A DNA stretch of 64,000 nucleotides from Endomicrobiales bacterium (GCA_963796955.1 CAWCNJ010000008.1:384001-448000), one strand, 5' to 3'; positions 1 through 11,158 are shown, counted from the first letter of the stretch. Numbers and translations: made by a program. The notes: generated from the letters alone by a model not told the origin.

Positions 1-318
1 GGGGTCTTTCTTGCGACTTCGAAATTGATAACACTGTTCCCGTCGCTGATACTCTTTTTAACACAGATGATAGCCAGATGGCTCAATTCATCGGCGACGA
101 CCGCGGTAACGGCCCTTACCGTGACCGCCATGCTGTTCCTGGTTCCCGACTATGATAACAGCCCGCTGTTCGCGCGCACCAAGCTTTTACAGGCGATGAT
201 CATTGCGGTGCTGATGCTGGCTCTGGGATCGTGGACACCCCTTGCGGCCCCGCTGCTTATTGCCATGCTTATCGCCTCACTTTTAACGCCTGTGCTGGAT
301 CGTATACATGCAAAATAA
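1..318 (+). CDS. C-terminal part of a hydrophobic membrane protein (runs off the window's 5' edge)
   Basis: Frame is open from position 1 to the stop at 316-318, has several hydrophobic stretches and overlaps the next gene's start. Confidence 0.55.
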   Translation, partial: GVFLATSKLITLFPSLILFLTQMIARWLNSSATTAVTALTVTAMLFLVPDYDNSPLFARTKLLQAMIIAVLMLALGSWTPLAAPLLIAMLIASLLTPVLDRIHAK

Positions 319-970
319 ATCCGGTTTACTTATTTTCGATCTGGACGGTACGCTGATTGATTCTGTCGTTGACCTGACCAGTACGCTGAATTTCGCGCTT
401 GGCCGGCAAAAAATAGGATCACTCGGCGTCGATAACGTCAAATTACTGATCGGCGACGGGATAGACGACCTGCTGATAAAAGCGGTTTCAACCATAAAAC
501 ATGCCGATGTTGTCAAACTAAAAGGAGATTTCACGTACTACTACATGGACCACCTGACCGACAAGACACGGCTGTACCCGAATATTGTTGATATACTTGA
601 GAATGTCACGTTTGATAAAGCCATCTTGACCAACAAAAGGATCGGCCCCACTGAAAAGATATGTTCGATGCTTGCTATAACAAAATATTTCAAGACCATC
701 ATCGGCGGGGCGGAAGGCATTAAGCTTAAACCGGATCCGGAACAAATTTTAAAACTTACCGCCGGCTATGATCGTGAGAAATGCTACATGATCGGCGACG
801 GCATAAACGACATCCTGGCGGCCCGCGCGGCGGGGATACGCTCTATTTCGGCCGGCTACGGCTACACCAATAAAGAAAGATTACTGGAACTGAAACCCGA
901 TATATTCGTTGAAGATACGGCTTCGCTGAAAACATTCTTATCAGGATTAAAGGGAGAGGCTTATGCTTGA
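308..970 (+). CDS. gph: HAD-family hydrolase, phosphoglycolate phosphatase-like
   Basis: HAD motifs FDLDGTLIDS, TNK, KPDP and MIGDGINDI. Confidence 0.85.
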   Translation: MQNKSGLLIFDLDGTLIDSVVDLTSTLNFALGRQKIGSLGVDNVKLLIGDGIDDLLIKAVSTIKHADVVKLKGDFTYYYMDHLTDKTRLYPNIVDILENVTFDKAILTNKRIGPTEKICSMLAITKYFKTIIGGAEGIKLKPDPEQILKLTAGYDREKCYMIGDGINDILAARAAGIRSISAGYGYTNKERLLELKPDIFVEDTASLKTFLSGLKGEAYA

Positions 971-1521
971 AAAACTAAAGCAGGTAGCGGAAAGGATCAG
1001 ATCATTAAGAGAGATAACCGGTTTATCGGTCGCGACAATAGCTGGAAAACTAAAGATCAATAAGGCTCTGCTTGAGGGCTATGAAAAGCGGCGCCAGCGA
1101 CATACCGGTCAGCATTCTCTATGAGCTTGCCGGCATATATAACGTTGAATTGACCGCGCTGCTCACGGGCGAAGAACCCAGGATGCACGAATACTCGTTG
1201 GTACGCAAAGGCAAGGGGGCGCGCGTGGAACGGCGCAAGGAATATGACTACCAGGACCTGGCCTATAATTTTAAGGGCAAGAAAGCGGAGATTTTTTATA
1301 TTACCGTAAACCCGAGGGATGCCTCCCACAAACACGCACCCTACGCGCACGAGGGTCAGGAGTTCGCCTACATGCTCGAAGGTTCCATGAAGGTGCTGCT
1401 GGACAACCACGAGCTTGAACTGAACCCCGGCGATTCATTCTATTTTGACCCGCGGCATGCGCACGCCATGGCCGCGCTGCATAATAAGCCCGCGACGTTT
1501 CTGGCGGTTATCATAAAATAA
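963..1521 (+). pseudogene. XRE-family HTH + cupin transcriptional regulator with a +1 frameshift at 1084-1087
   Basis: ATG 963 gives MLEKLKQVAERIRSLRE...YE (HTH). Removing one A from the A4 run at 1084-1087 joins it to SGASDIPVS...HEGQEFAY (cupin). This regulator commonly precedes acyl-CoA synthetases. Confidence 0.85.
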
Positions 1522-1533
1522 CCCGGAGGGAAT

Positions 1534-3198
1534 ATGGCCGCGATATTGGACAAGTATCTTAAGAAAACAACATTCGGTTCCTATGAGCAGTTCATTCAAG
1601 ATTTTAAGATAGAAGTGCCGCCGTCATTTAACTTCGCCTTTGATATTGTCGATGAGATCGCTAAAAGATCGCCGGAAAAGACCGCGCTGGTCTGGTGCGA
1701 CGAAACGGGAGCCGAAGAAAAATTCACGTTCGCACAAATGAAGGAATACAGCGACAAGGCCGCCAACTTTCTAGTCTCCATCGGCATCAGGAAAGGCGAC
1801 CCGGTCATGCTGATCCTGAAGCGCAGATATGAGTTCTGGTTCGCAAGCCTTGCGCTCCACAAGATCGGTGCGATATGCATCCCCGCCACGCACCTGCTGA
1901 CGGTTAAAGACATTGTGTACCGCAACAACGCGGCAAAGATCAAAATGATAATCTCCGTCGCGGACCAGGAAGTGATCAACCGCGTTGACGAAGCCGCAGC
2001 GCATTCCCCGACACTGCAGCACAAAGCCACCCTGGGAGACTTTAACGGGTGGCTTAACTTCAACACACGCTCCGCTGCCGCATCGGGAAAATTTGAAAGG
2101 CCGACGGGGAAACTTGCATCTAAGAACAGCGATATATTCCTGTTGTATTTCACCTCCGGCACTACCGCGATGCCGAAAATGGTGCGTCATGATTTCACCT
2201 ATCCGTTAGGACACATTATTACCGCGAAATACTGGCAGAATGTCACCACGGACGGTCTGCACCTTACGGTCGCCGATACCGGCTGGGCGAAATCGGCATG
2301 GGGGAAGATCTACGGCCAGTGGATAGCCGAAACGGCGATCTTCGTGTATGACTACAACAGATTCGTTCCGAAGGATATGCTGAACGTGATCACGAAGCAC
2401 GGCGTAACCACTTTTTGTGCGCCCCCCACCATATTCCGCTATTTGATAAAAGAAGATCTTTCGAAATTCGATTTCTCAAAATTAAGCTATTGCATGGTCG
2501 CAGGAGAGCCGCTTAACCCCGAAGTCTACAACCAGTTCCTGAAGGCGACCGGCATAAAACTGATGGAAGGGTACGGCCAGACAGAAACAGTAGTACTGGT
2601 AGCCACCTACCCATGGATGGAACCTAAACCAGGATCCATGGGCAAACCTTCACCGGGTTTTGACGTGGATATCGTCGATGAAAATTATAAATCCTGTGAA
2701 GCAGGCGAAGAAGGCCAGGTTATAATTCGCACCGGCAAAAAACCGCCGGTGGGCATGTTCGGTGGTTATTACGGTGATGACGCGCTTACCGGCAAGGTCT
2801 GGCACGACGGCATGTATTTCACGGGAGATATGGCTTACCGCGACGAAGACGGCTATTTCTGGTACGTGGGCCGCGCCGATGACGTCTTCAAAAGTTCCGG
2901 CTACCGCATAGGGCCCTTTGAGGTAGAAAGCGCCCTGCTTGAACACAAAGCCGTTCTTGAATGCGCCATAACCGCTGTCCCCGACCCGGACCGCGGCCAG
3001 ATAATCAAAGCCACGATCGTTCTTGCCAAAGGCTACACAGGCAGTGACGAACTGGCGAAAGAACTCCAGGAACACGTAAAGAAAGTAACCGCCCCGTATA
3101 AGTACCCGAGGATCGTGGAATTCGTGACCGAACTCCCCAAAACCATCAGCGGCAAGATCCGCAGGGTGGAAATACGAAACAACGACAAGAAAAAGTAG
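1534..3198 (+). CDS. Acyl-/acetyl-CoA synthetase (AMP-forming)
   Basis: [21 protein letters not shown] and [11 protein letters not shown] adenylation motifs. Confidence 0.93.
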   Translation: MAAILDKYLKKTTFGSYEQFIQDFKIEVPPSFNFAFDIVDEIAKRSPEKTALVWCDETGAEEKFTFAQMKEYSDKAANFLVSIGIRKGDPVMLILKRRYEFWFASLALHKIGAICIPATHLLTVKDIVYRNNAAKIKMIISVADQEVINRVDEAAAHSPTLQHKATLGDFNGWLNFNTRSAAASGKFERPTGKLASKNSDIFLLYFTSGTTAMPKMVRHDFTYPLGHIITAKYWQNVTTDGLHLTVADTGWAKSAWGKIYGQWIAETAIFVYDYNRFVPKDMLNVITKHGVTTFCAPPTIFRYLIKEDLSKFDFSKLSYCMVAGEPLNPEVYNQFLKATGIKLMEGYGQTETVVLVATYPWMEPKPGSMGKPSPGFDVDIVDENYKSCEAGEEGQVIIRTGKKPPVGMFGGYYGDDALTGKVWHDGMYFTGDMAYRDEDGYFWYVGRADDVFKSSGYRIGPFEVESALLEHKAVLECAITAVPDPDRGQIIKATIVLAKGYTGSDELAKELQEHVKKVTAPYKYPRIVEFVTELPKTISGKIRRVEIRNNDKKK

Positions 3199-3206
3199 CC
3201 TCTATA

Positions 3207-3235
3207 TTGAATTATTAACATAAATATGTTATATT
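3207..3235 (+). promoter_or_regulatory. sigma70-type promoter of the rpsB operon
   Basis: TTGAAT-17 nt-TATATT with an extended -10 TG. Confidence 0.6.
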
Positions 3236-3242
3236 CTTTCAA

Positions 3243-3385
3243 CTAAGCGGCCGAAAGGCCGCGATCTCGCACGCTTCCGGATTGCTCTTGGTCCCCGCCT
3301 CGGCGGGGTAAGAGATAAGTAAGGAAGCGGAGGTCCGCCGTAGCTTTAGCGAAGGCGGAAAAAAACCAAAAGGAGTCGTAACCAC
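3243..3385 (+). promoter_or_regulatory. Structured rpsB 5' leader (probable S2 autoregulatory RNA)
   Basis: GCGGCC-GAAA-GGCCGC hairpin (3247-3262) and CGCTTCC/GGAAGCG stem (3272-3329) followed by GAGG, directly upstream of rpsB. Confidence 0.55.
3334..3359. repeat. REP-like short palindrome TCCGCCGTAGCTTTAGCGAAGGCGGA
   Basis: Imperfect hairpin sharing the AGCTTTAGCG core with the copy at 14519-14548. Confidence 0.6.
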
Positions 3386-4195
3386 ATGGCAAACATTTCC
3401 ATGAAGGCGTTGTTGGAAGCCGGCGTTCATTTCGGTCATCAGACCAGGCGCTGGAACCCCAAGATGGCGAAGTACATTTTCGGCACCCGTAACAAGATCC
3501 ACATTATCGACCTGCAGAAAACCGTCAAAGAACTGAAAAAATGCTACAAAGTCGTTCGCGATGCCGTCACCGAGAACCGCACGATCCTTTTCGTCGGCAC
3601 CAAGAAACAGGCTCAGACCCCCGTTAAGGAAGAAGCGATACGCTGCGGAGCATTCTTCGTCAGCGACAGATGGCTCGGCGGAACGCTCACCAACTTCGAA
3701 ACCCTGAAAAAATCAATCGCCCGCCTGAATGAACTTGAAAGAATGAAGGCTGACGGCATATTCGGCGTACTCTCCAAAAAAGAAGTTTCCATGAAAGAAA
3801 GAGAACGCGCGCGTCTGGTGAAATCCCTTGAAGGCATCAAGGACATGAAGAACCTGCCGGGCATGCTCTTCATCGTAGATCCTACCGAAGAAGCGACAGC
3901 GGTAGCAGAAGCACGCAAACTTAACATTCCTATAGTCGCCATTTGCGATACCAACTGTGACCCCGACCTTATAGACCATCCGATCCCGGGTAACGACGAC
4001 GCCATCCGTGCGGTAAAGCTGTTCTGCTCGCTGATCGCCGACGCGGTGCTTGAAGGAAAGGGCATGAGCCAGAAATCAGCCGAAGGTGAGGCAGCGGCAG
4101 CCGCTGCAGCGCCGAACGCCACCATAGAACAAGTTGTTGCCGCCGCTGAAATGAACACACCAGCAGCAACCAAAGAAAGCGAGGTACTTAAATAA
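3386..4195 (+). CDS. rpsB: 30S ribosomal protein S2
   Basis: [19 protein letters not shown] and [10 protein letters not shown] motifs. Confidence 0.99.
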   Translation: MANISMKALLEAGVHFGHQTRRWNPKMAKYIFGTRNKIHIIDLQKTVKELKKCYKVVRDAVTENRTILFVGTKKQAQTPVKEEAIRCGAFFVSDRWLGGTLTNFETLKKSIARLNELERMKADGIFGVLSKKEVSMKERERARLVKSLEGIKDMKNLPGMLFIVDPTEEATAVAEARKLNIPIVAICDTNCDPDLIDHPIPGNDDAIRAVKLFCSLIADAVLEGKGMSQKSAEGEAAAAAAAPNATIEQVVAAAEMNTPAATKESEVLK

Positions 4196-4800
4196 TGCCT
4201 ACCATGGAACTTATTTCTAAACTGCGCGGGATGACCGGTGCAGGAATAGCTGATTGTAAAGTTGCGCTTGTTGAATCAAAAGATGATATAGACCTTGCGA
4301 TCAAATGGCTTCGCGAAAAAGGCATTTCCTCTGCCGTAAAACGCGCCGAGAGAAAGGCCAATCAGGGCCTGGTGCACTCCTACATCCACGCCGGCGGAAA
4401 ACTTGGCGTGCTGGTGGAAGTTAACTGCGAAACGGACTTCGTAGCCCGCACGGATGATTTCCAGAACCTTGTTAAAGAGATCGCCATGCAGGTAGCGGCC
4501 GCCAACCCGTTGTATGTGCGCCGTGAAGACGTGCCGGGCGAAGTTATCGAAAAAGAAAAAGAGATCTATAAGAACCAGCTGAAGGAAGAGGGCAAACCCA
4601 AACCCGAAGCGGTAATGGAAAAAATAATAGTCGGTAAACTTGAAAAATTCTACAGCGAAGTCTGCCTGCTGGAACAGCCGTCCATACGAGACACATCCGG
4701 CAAAGAAAAAATCAAAGATAACGTCGCAGCGGCTATCGGCAAGATCGGCGAGAACATAGTAGTGCGCCGCTTCGCCCGCTTCCGTCTAGGGGAAGAATGA
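4195..4800 (+). CDS. tsf: Elongation factor Ts (short form)
   Basis: LRGMTGAGIADCK and EVNCETDFVAR motifs; follows rpsB. Confidence 0.98.
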   Translation: MPTMELISKLRGMTGAGIADCKVALVESKDDIDLAIKWLREKGISSAVKRAERKANQGLVHSYIHAGGKLGVLVEVNCETDFVARTDDFQNLVKEIAMQVAAANPLYVRREDVPGEVIEKEKEIYKNQLKEEGKPKPEAVMEKIIVGKLEKFYSEVCLLEQPSIRDTSGKEKIKDNVAAAIGKIGENIVVRRFARFRLGEE

Positions 4801-5507
4801 CCTACAAAAGGGTTTTGCTTAAACTTTCAGGCGAATCATTATCCGGCGGGAACAGCGCCGGAGGGATAACGCCTGAAGGTTTGTCTAAGGTAACAACAGA
4901 GATCAAGGAAGCCGCAAAAAACGGCGTCCAGATGGCTATAGTTATCGGCGGCGGCAACTTCTGGCGCGGCGCTACAAAAGATATGGACAGGGTCACCGCC
5001 GACTATATCGGTATGCTTGCGACGGTAATGAACGCCCTTGCATTGGCGGACGCGCTGTCCGCTAAAGGCATACCTGCTGTGGCACTCAGCGCGTTTAACG
5101 TATCGAAGATCGCGCAGCTCTATACCAGGGAAAAAGCGGTCGCCTATCTTAATGAAGGCAGCGTCGTTATATTATGCGGCGGTACCGGCAATCCCTTCTT
5201 CACCACGGACACCACCTCAGCGCTGCGCGCGCTTGAAATAAGCGCTGAAGTCGTTTTAAAAGCGACCCAGGTAGACGGTGTTTACGACGCGGACCCTAAA
5301 AAGAACCCGTCGGCCAAACGATACGATACGCTGAGTTTCAGTGAAGCAATAGAAAAGAACCTTAAGATAATGGATCTGGCCGCGTTCTCTCTCTGTCGCG
5401 AGAACGAACTTCCCGTGATGGTCTTTGATTTTCATAAGACCGGCAATCTGGCCAAAGCCGTTGCCGGCGAAAAGATCGGAACTATAGTTAATGGAGGGAA
5501 CGCTTGA
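4797..5507 (+). CDS. pyrH: Uridylate kinase
   Basis: RVLLKLSGE, GGGNFWRG and GNPFFTTD motifs. Confidence 0.98.
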   Translation: MTYKRVLLKLSGESLSGGNSAGGITPEGLSKVTTEIKEAAKNGVQMAIVIGGGNFWRGATKDMDRVTADYIGMLATVMNALALADALSAKGIPAVALSAFNVSKIAQLYTREKAVAYLNEGSVVILCGGTGNPFFTTDTTSALRALEISAEVVLKATQVDGVYDADPKKNPSAKRYDTLSFSEAIEKNLKIMDLAAFSLCRENELPVMVFDFHKTGNLAKAVAGEKIGTIVNGGNA

Positions 5508-6064
5508 GTTACGCACAGATGATAAAGAACGGCGAAGAACCGATGAAAAAAGTTATAGACCGAATGCAGACGGAATTCTCATCTCTGCGTACCGGCAGGG
5601 CGAATGTGGCTCTGCTCGCTAATGTCAAAGTTGAAAGCTATGGATCCATGATGGCCCTTAATCAGGTCGCCGGTCTCTCTGTCCCGGACGGCCGCACCAT
5701 AGAGATACGCCCCTGGGACGCCTCACAGCTGTCGGCTATCGAAAAAGCGTTGCAGAAAGCGGATCTGGGCATGGCACCGATCAACGACGGCAAACTTATA
5801 CGGCTTGCGGTGCCCATGATGACCGAAGAACGCCGCAAAGAAATGGTTAAATCCATTCACAAAATGGCCGAAGAATTCCGTATCTCCATACGCAATGAAA
5901 GGCGCAAGATAAATGATGAGATCAAACAGGCCGAAAAAGACAAAAAGCTTACCGAAGACGAACGCAAAAAAGGCGAGCAGGAGCTGAACAAATTCACGGA
6001 CGCCTACATACATAAGATAGACGAACTGATAAAAACAAAAGAAAAAGACATAATGGAAGTATAG
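5504..6064 (+). CDS. frr: Ribosome recycling factor (TTG start)
   Basis: LRTGRAN and TEERRKE motifs; conserved position after pyrH. Confidence 0.97.
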   Translation: MSYAQMIKNGEEPMKKVIDRMQTEFSSLRTGRANVALLANVKVESYGSMMALNQVAGLSVPDGRTIEIRPWDASQLSAIEKALQKADLGMAPINDGKLIRLAVPMMTEERRKEMVKSIHKMAEEFRISIRNERRKINDEIKQAEKDKKLTEDERKKGEQELNKFTDAYIHKIDELIKTKEKDIMEV

Positions 6065-6085
6065 TTCATAACAGGAGAGAACAAA

Positions 6086-6262
6086 ATGGCATTCAAGATC
6101 GATTCAGATGCGTGTGCGCAGTGCGGAGTATGCGAAGGGACGTGCGGAGTTCAGGCTATAGCACAAATTGACGGCAAATATACGATCGATGCTGAAAAGT
6201 GCGTGGATTGCGGCGCGTGCGCCGAAGCCTGCCCGGTGAACGCGATCAGCGCGGTAAAATAA
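6086..6262 (+). CDS. 2[4Fe-4S] ferredoxin, 58 aa (missing from the ORF track)
   Basis: MAFKIDSDACAQCGVCEGTCGVQAIAQIDGKYTIDAEKCVDCGACAEACPVNAISAVK has two CxxCxxCxxxC motifs; AGGAG RBS upstream. Confidence 0.93.
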   Translation: MAFKIDSDACAQCGVCEGTCGVQAIAQIDGKYTIDAEKCVDCGACAEACPVNAISAVK

Positions 6263-6287
6263 GAATTCTTTTTTTAACACCTCCCCT

Positions 6288-6992
6288 GTGATAAAAGAAC
6301 TTGAAGGTCAGCGGCTGCCGCGCCACATAGCTATCATTATGGATGGCAACGGTCGTTGGGCGAAAAAACGCGGGCTGCCCAGGATAATGGGCCACAGGGA
6401 AGGCGCTAAAACAGTTAAGGAAATAGTTACGGCCTGCGCGGAACTTGGCATAGAGGTGCTTACGCTCTATGCCTTTTCTACGGAAAACTGGTCCCGGCCG
6501 AAAACCGAGATCGCGGGCCTGATGAAGATCCTTGAGACGTACCTTAAATGCGAGCTCAGAACTTTCCAGGACAATAATGTGCGCCTTGCAGTTATTGGCG
6601 ATATGAACGCCCTGCCTGAAAGTTCGGTGAATGCTTTGCGCAAAGTTACCGCGGCCACGGATAAGAACACCGGCATGGTGCTTAACCTGGCCCTTAATTA
6701 CGGCGGTCGTCAGGACATAGTGAACGCGGTCAACCAGGCGCTGAAGAACGGCGCTACAAAGATCACAGAAGAACTAATTACGGGAAACCTTTATACGGCC
6801 GGTCAGCCGGATCCCGATCTCCTTATCAGAACATCGGGCGAAATGCGGATATCGAATTTCCTTTTGTGGCAGACAGCGTACAGTGAATTTTTTGTTACCC
6901 AAGTCCTTTGGCCGGATTTTAAAAAGAAACATCTGTATAGCGCACTTGAAGAATATCAAAATCGTGAACGCCGTTTCGGGGGCCTGAAATAA
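6288..6992 (+). CDS. uppS: Undecaprenyl diphosphate synthase
   Basis: HIAIIMDGNGRWA, AFSTENW and RTSGEMRISNFLLWQ motifs. Confidence 0.98.
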   Translation: MIKELEGQRLPRHIAIIMDGNGRWAKKRGLPRIMGHREGAKTVKEIVTACAELGIEVLTLYAFSTENWSRPKTEIAGLMKILETYLKCELRTFQDNNVRLAVIGDMNALPESSVNALRKVTAATDKNTGMVLNLALNYGGRQDIVNAVNQALKNGATKITEELITGNLYTAGQPDPDLLIRTSGEMRISNFLLWQTAYSEFFVTQVLWPDFKKKHLYSALEEYQNRERRFGGLK

Positions 6993-7816
6993 TGCTGCTA
7001 CCACGTTTAATTACCGCGATCATCGGCATACCGTTAATACTCCTTTCGGTGTTCTGGGGGGGCATACCCTTCTTTCTTCTCATCATGGTAGTAATGCTGT
7101 TCTCTCTATGGGAATTTTTGCTTATGGCGGAGGCAGCGGGGTATCAGACACTGAAAGTGACCGGCATGGCAACCGGCTTCGTGCTTTTTGTGTCTATATT
7201 CCTGAACAGCGCCATGTCCTGGTCTGTCGCCGACAATCAGGGAACACCCGCGATACTATCCATTTTGTTGATCCCTTTTTTCGCAGTTGAATTTTTCCGC
7301 AGAAAACCTGAAAGGGCGATAGAACGGGTCGCTATAACGTTCTTCGGCGCATTTCTTATTCCCTGGTCGCTGGGACACCTGCTGTTGATCCGAGACCTCC
7401 GCCCGGCGGGCATGGGCTATGTGTACCTGTTATTCATCACCACCTGGTTCCTGGACACCGGCGCCTACGCCGTGGGCCGCAAATGGGGGCGTATACCGTT
7501 ATTGCCTGCGGTCAGCCCCAAGAAAACGGTGGAAGGTTTCGTCGGCGGCCTGGTTACGGGCTGTCTTACGGCAATACTTTGTAAATATGTTTTCTTGAAG
7601 GATTCCTTAACAGTAAGCGAAGCTGCCTTTATAGGTATACTGCTTGCATTGGTGGGTCAGTTCTCAGATCTCGCCGAGTCGCTGCTAAAACGCGACGCGG
7701 GCATAAAAGATTCCGCGAACCTTCTGCCCGGGCACGGCGGCATGCTGGACCGTTTCGACTCTTACCTTTTTGCCGCCCCGGTCCTGTACTACTTCCTTAC
7801 CATCCTGCATAAATAA
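6992..7816 (+). CDS. cdsA: Phosphatidate cytidylyltransferase
   Basis: SPKKTVEG and KRDAGIKDS...PGHGGMLDRFDS motifs. Confidence 0.97.
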   Translation: MLLPRLITAIIGIPLILLSVFWGGIPFFLLIMVVMLFSLWEFLLMAEAAGYQTLKVTGMATGFVLFVSIFLNSAMSWSVADNQGTPAILSILLIPFFAVEFFRRKPERAIERVAITFFGAFLIPWSLGHLLLIRDLRPAGMGYVYLLFITTWFLDTGAYAVGRKWGRIPLLPAVSPKKTVEGFVGGLVTGCLTAILCKYVFLKDSLTVSEAAFIGILLALVGQFSDLAESLLKRDAGIKDSANLLPGHGGMLDRFDSYLFAAPVLYYFLTILHK

Positions 7817-7827
7817 CCAAGGTCATC

Positions 7828-8985
7828 ATGAAAAAAATAGCAATTCTGGGTTCTACCGGCTCTATTGGCAAACAAGCTCTGGAAGTCGTGCGGGCAATGC
7901 CCGGCAGCTTTAAAGTAGCGGCGCTTACCGGCCATTCAAATCTCAGCGAATTAAAACGCCAGGCATCCGAATTCCGCCCTTCCTGCGTCGCGGTTAATGA
8001 CGAACATTCTGCCTTAGATCTCAGGGTTTGGTGCAAAGAGAACAGCTTAAAGATAGATATCGTCTCAGGAATAGAAGGGATCATTCACGCGGCTACCCTG
8101 CCTGACGTGGACCTGGTACTGTCCTCTGTTGTGGGTGCCGTTGGTCTGAGGCCGCTTTCCGCCGCCATAAAGGCGAGAAAGACGATAGCGCTGGCAAACA
8201 AGGAAGCACTGGTTGTGGCCGGCTCTATTATAATGAAGCTTGCCGCAGAATACGGCGTGAACATTCTGCCTGTCGATTCGGAGCATTCGGCGATCTTCCA
8301 GTGCCTGAAAGGGGAGAACGTAAAGCAGGTAAACCGTATATTTCTAACCGCTTCAGGCGGACCCTTCTACCGTTGCGAAGACCTTTCACGCATTACCGTA
8401 GCGCAGGCGCTGGCCCACCCGACATGGAAGATGGGCAAAAAGATAACTATTGATTCGGCTACCCTGATGAACAAAGGCCTTGAGGCGATAGAAGCGCACC
8501 ACCTATTCGCCGTACCGATAGAGAAAATAGAGATCGTGATACACCCCCAATCCATAGTTCATTCCATGGTAGAATACATAGACGGCTCAACGATAGCCCA
8601 GCTCTCCAACCCGGATATGAAACTGCCGATACAGTACGCTCTTACCTGGCCGGACCGCGCGGCAGCGCCCGGCATAAAGCTGCTGGATTTCTCAAAAACA
8701 ACGCAACTTAATTTCGACACGCCGGATTTTAATAAGTTTTCCTGCCTGCGACTGGCCCTGGAGGCTGCAAGGATCGGCGGCACCATGCCAGCCGTCATGA
8801 ACGCGGCGAATGAAGCGGCGGTTGAATTATTCCTTAAAGAAAAGATACAATTTACTGACATAGCTAAAATAGTAGAGGAAGCTATGTCCGCTCATCACAG
8901 CATACAGGCGCCTGGGATCGAAGATATAATCGAAGTTGACGCCGCCACAAGAGCACGGGTACATGAGCACTGGAGAACAAAATGA
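7828..8985 (+). CDS. dxr: 1-deoxy-D-xylulose-5-phosphate reductoisomerase
   Basis: ILGSTGSIG, LANKE, PVDSEH and HPTWKMG motifs. Confidence 0.98.
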   Translation: MKKIAILGSTGSIGKQALEVVRAMPGSFKVAALTGHSNLSELKRQASEFRPSCVAVNDEHSALDLRVWCKENSLKIDIVSGIEGIIHAATLPDVDLVLSSVVGAVGLRPLSAAIKARKTIALANKEALVVAGSIIMKLAAEYGVNILPVDSEHSAIFQCLKGENVKQVNRIFLTASGGPFYRCEDLSRITVAQALAHPTWKMGKKITIDSATLMNKGLEAIEAHHLFAVPIEKIEIVIHPQSIVHSMVEYIDGSTIAQLSNPDMKLPIQYALTWPDRAAAPGIKLLDFSKTTQLNFDTPDFNKFSCLRLALEAARIGGTMPAVMNAANEAAVELFLKEKIQFTDIAKIVEEAMSAHHSIQAPGIEDIIEVDAATRARVHEHWRTK

Positions 8986-10058
8986 CCATGCATATGTTCG
9001 GTTTTGAAATAACAATCGTACAGATACTTTCGACGGTTATCGGCATAGGGATGCTGGTGTTCGTTCACGAACTGGGCCATTTCACTATGGCAAAACTTTT
9101 CAAGATCAAGGTGGAGCTGTTCGCCCTTGGTTTCGGCCCCGAACTGTTCGGCTTCACTATCGGTGAAACCCGTTACTCTATTTGCGCCATTCCTCTCGGC
9201 GGCATGGTAAAAATGCCGGGAGAAGACATAAACTCGGCCTCCGGATCAAAAGATGAGTTCCTGTCGCAGCCCTGGTATAAAAGACTGCTCGTCGCGATCT
9301 GCGGGCCGCTTATGAATTACGCTTTGGCGGTCCTGATATTCACGGTCATCATTTTTCACTGGGGCCTTTCCAATCCCTCTGATAAACCGGTTATCGGTGA
9401 AGTGGTGCCGGGAATGCCTGCGCAGACAGCCGGCCTTATACCGGGCGACAAGGTAATGAAGGTCGACCAGGCGACAGTCTCCACCTGGGAAGATCTGGCA
9501 AAATATATCCACAGCAAAGCGAACGTCATCAATCTTGTGATAGAACGCGCCGGTAAACAGTTGAACGTCGCGGTCACCCCGAAGTTCGACGCGGCATCCG
9601 GCATGAACCTGGTGGGCATAGCGCCGGAATTTGTTATGGAGAAAGCCAGCCTTTTCAAGTCCGTTGACCTGAGCGTTAGATACGCGGTCTTCCAATCGGT
9701 GTTCACGCTGCGGTATCTGGGAGAAAAGATAACCCGCTTTGAAAAGCCCGAACTATCGGGACCTATCGGCGTCGTGCAGTATCTCGCCAAGGCCGCGAAA
9801 ACCGGCCCTGAGCAGTTATTGCACCTGCTCGGTGTCATCTCCGTAGCGCTGGGCCTGTTCAACCTGCTACCCATACCTATACTGGACGGCGGCCTGATAT
9901 TTTTCTCGCTCATAGAGGGCATAATCCGCAAACCACTCAACAAAAAAATAGTCGCGACAGCTAACCTGGTCGGGCTCTGCATAATCATCGGCATATTTCT
10001 TTTCGCGACATACAGCGATATCGCACGGATCAGTTCAGGGTTCGATAAAATAAAATAA
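8982..10058 (+). CDS. rseP: Site-2 (RIP) metalloprotease RseP with PDZ domain
   Basis: HELGH and NLLPIPILDGG motifs. Confidence 0.96.
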   Translation: MTMHMFGFEITIVQILSTVIGIGMLVFVHELGHFTMAKLFKIKVELFALGFGPELFGFTIGETRYSICAIPLGGMVKMPGEDINSASGSKDEFLSQPWYKRLLVAICGPLMNYALAVLIFTVIIFHWGLSNPSDKPVIGEVVPGMPAQTAGLIPGDKVMKVDQATVSTWEDLAKYIHSKANVINLVIERAGKQLNVAVTPKFDAASGMNLVGIAPEFVMEKASLFKSVDLSVRYAVFQSVFTLRYLGEKITRFEKPELSGPIGVVQYLAKAAKTGPEQLLHLLGVISVALGLFNLLPIPILDGGLIFFSLIEGIIRKPLNKKIVATANLVGLCIIIGIFLFATYSDIARISSGFDKIK

Positions 10059-11155
10059 TGCATACCAAAAGAAATTCCACTAAAAAGATAACGATCGGAT
10101 CATTGACGATAGGAGGCGGTACTCCTATCGCTGTGCAGTCCATGTGCAACAGCGATACGCGCGATGTTAAAGCGACCGTCAGGCAAATAAGAACCTTGCA
10201 GGATGTCGGCTGCGAGATAATACGGGTCGGCGTTCTGGATATGGAAGCGGCCCGGGCGCTGGGCAGGATAAAAAAACAGATAACCATTCCTTTAGTGGCA
10301 GATATTCATTTTGACCATCAGCTGGCGCTTGAAGCGATACGGCAGGGCGTTGATAAACTACGCCTCAATCCCGGCAACATCGCCGACAAGTCTAAGGTTG
10401 AGGCCGTGGTAAAAGCTGCAAAAGAACGCCGGATACCGATACGCATAGGCGTTAATGCCGGTTCTTTAAAAGCCGTAAGGGCGGTGCATACCGCAAAAGA
10501 TAAAGCCTCGGCCCTGGTGAAAGGGGCTCTGTCGCATATAAAGATACTGGAAGAACTTAATTTCGCAGACATCGTTATTTCGCTGAAAGCCTCGGATGTG
10601 GAGACGACAACGCTGGCCTATGCACTGATGGCCGGCAAAAGAGATTATCCACTGCACCTCGGCATAACGGAAGCAGGCTCCACTTTTCGCGGCACCATAA
10701 AGTCTTCAGTCGGCCTTGGCATTATGCTGGCCCAGGGGCTTGGCGATACCGTACGGGTCTCTCTTACTGCCGACCCCGTGGAAGAAGTTGCCGTTGCCTA
10801 CCAGATATTGCAGGCGTTGCGCCTGAGATCCACCGGGATAGAAGTGATATCATGCCCGACCTGCACACGCACTGAAGTTGATCTGATAGGCATAGCGAAC
10901 AAGCTTGAAACAGAATTATCTAAAATACAGAATTTAACTAAAGTTGCCTTTGCGAAAAAACCGCTTAAGATAGCCGTTATGGGCTGCGTGGTGAACGGCC
11001 CGGGCGAAGCCGCTGAAGCCGATTTTGGCATCGCCGGCGGAAAAGGAACAGGATTACTTTTCAAGAACGGCAAGGTGATCGGTAAAGTGGCACCTTCAAA
11101 ATGGGTAAAGACTTTAATAGCTATGGTGCGTGCAGAAATTAAAATACAGGGGTAA
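10058..11155 (+). CDS. ispG: HMBPP synthase IspG
   Basis: VQSM, ADIHF, NPGNI, SCPTCTR and MGCVVNGPGE motifs. Confidence 0.98.
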   Translation: MHTKRNSTKKITIGSLTIGGGTPIAVQSMCNSDTRDVKATVRQIRTLQDVGCEIIRVGVLDMEAARALGRIKKQITIPLVADIHFDHQLALEAIRQGVDKLRLNPGNIADKSKVEAVVKAAKERRIPIRIGVNAGSLKAVRAVHTAKDKASALVKGALSHIKILEELNFADIVISLKASDVETTTLAYALMAGKRDYPLHLGITEAGSTFRGTIKSSVGLGIMLAQGLGDTVRVSLTADPVEEVAVAYQILQALRLRSTGIEVISCPTCTRTEVDLIGIANKLETELSKIQNLTKVAFAKKPLKIAVMGCVVNGPGEAAEADFGIAGGKGTGLLFKNGKVIGKVAPSKWVKTLIAMVRAEIKIQG

Positions 11156-11158
11156 TGT

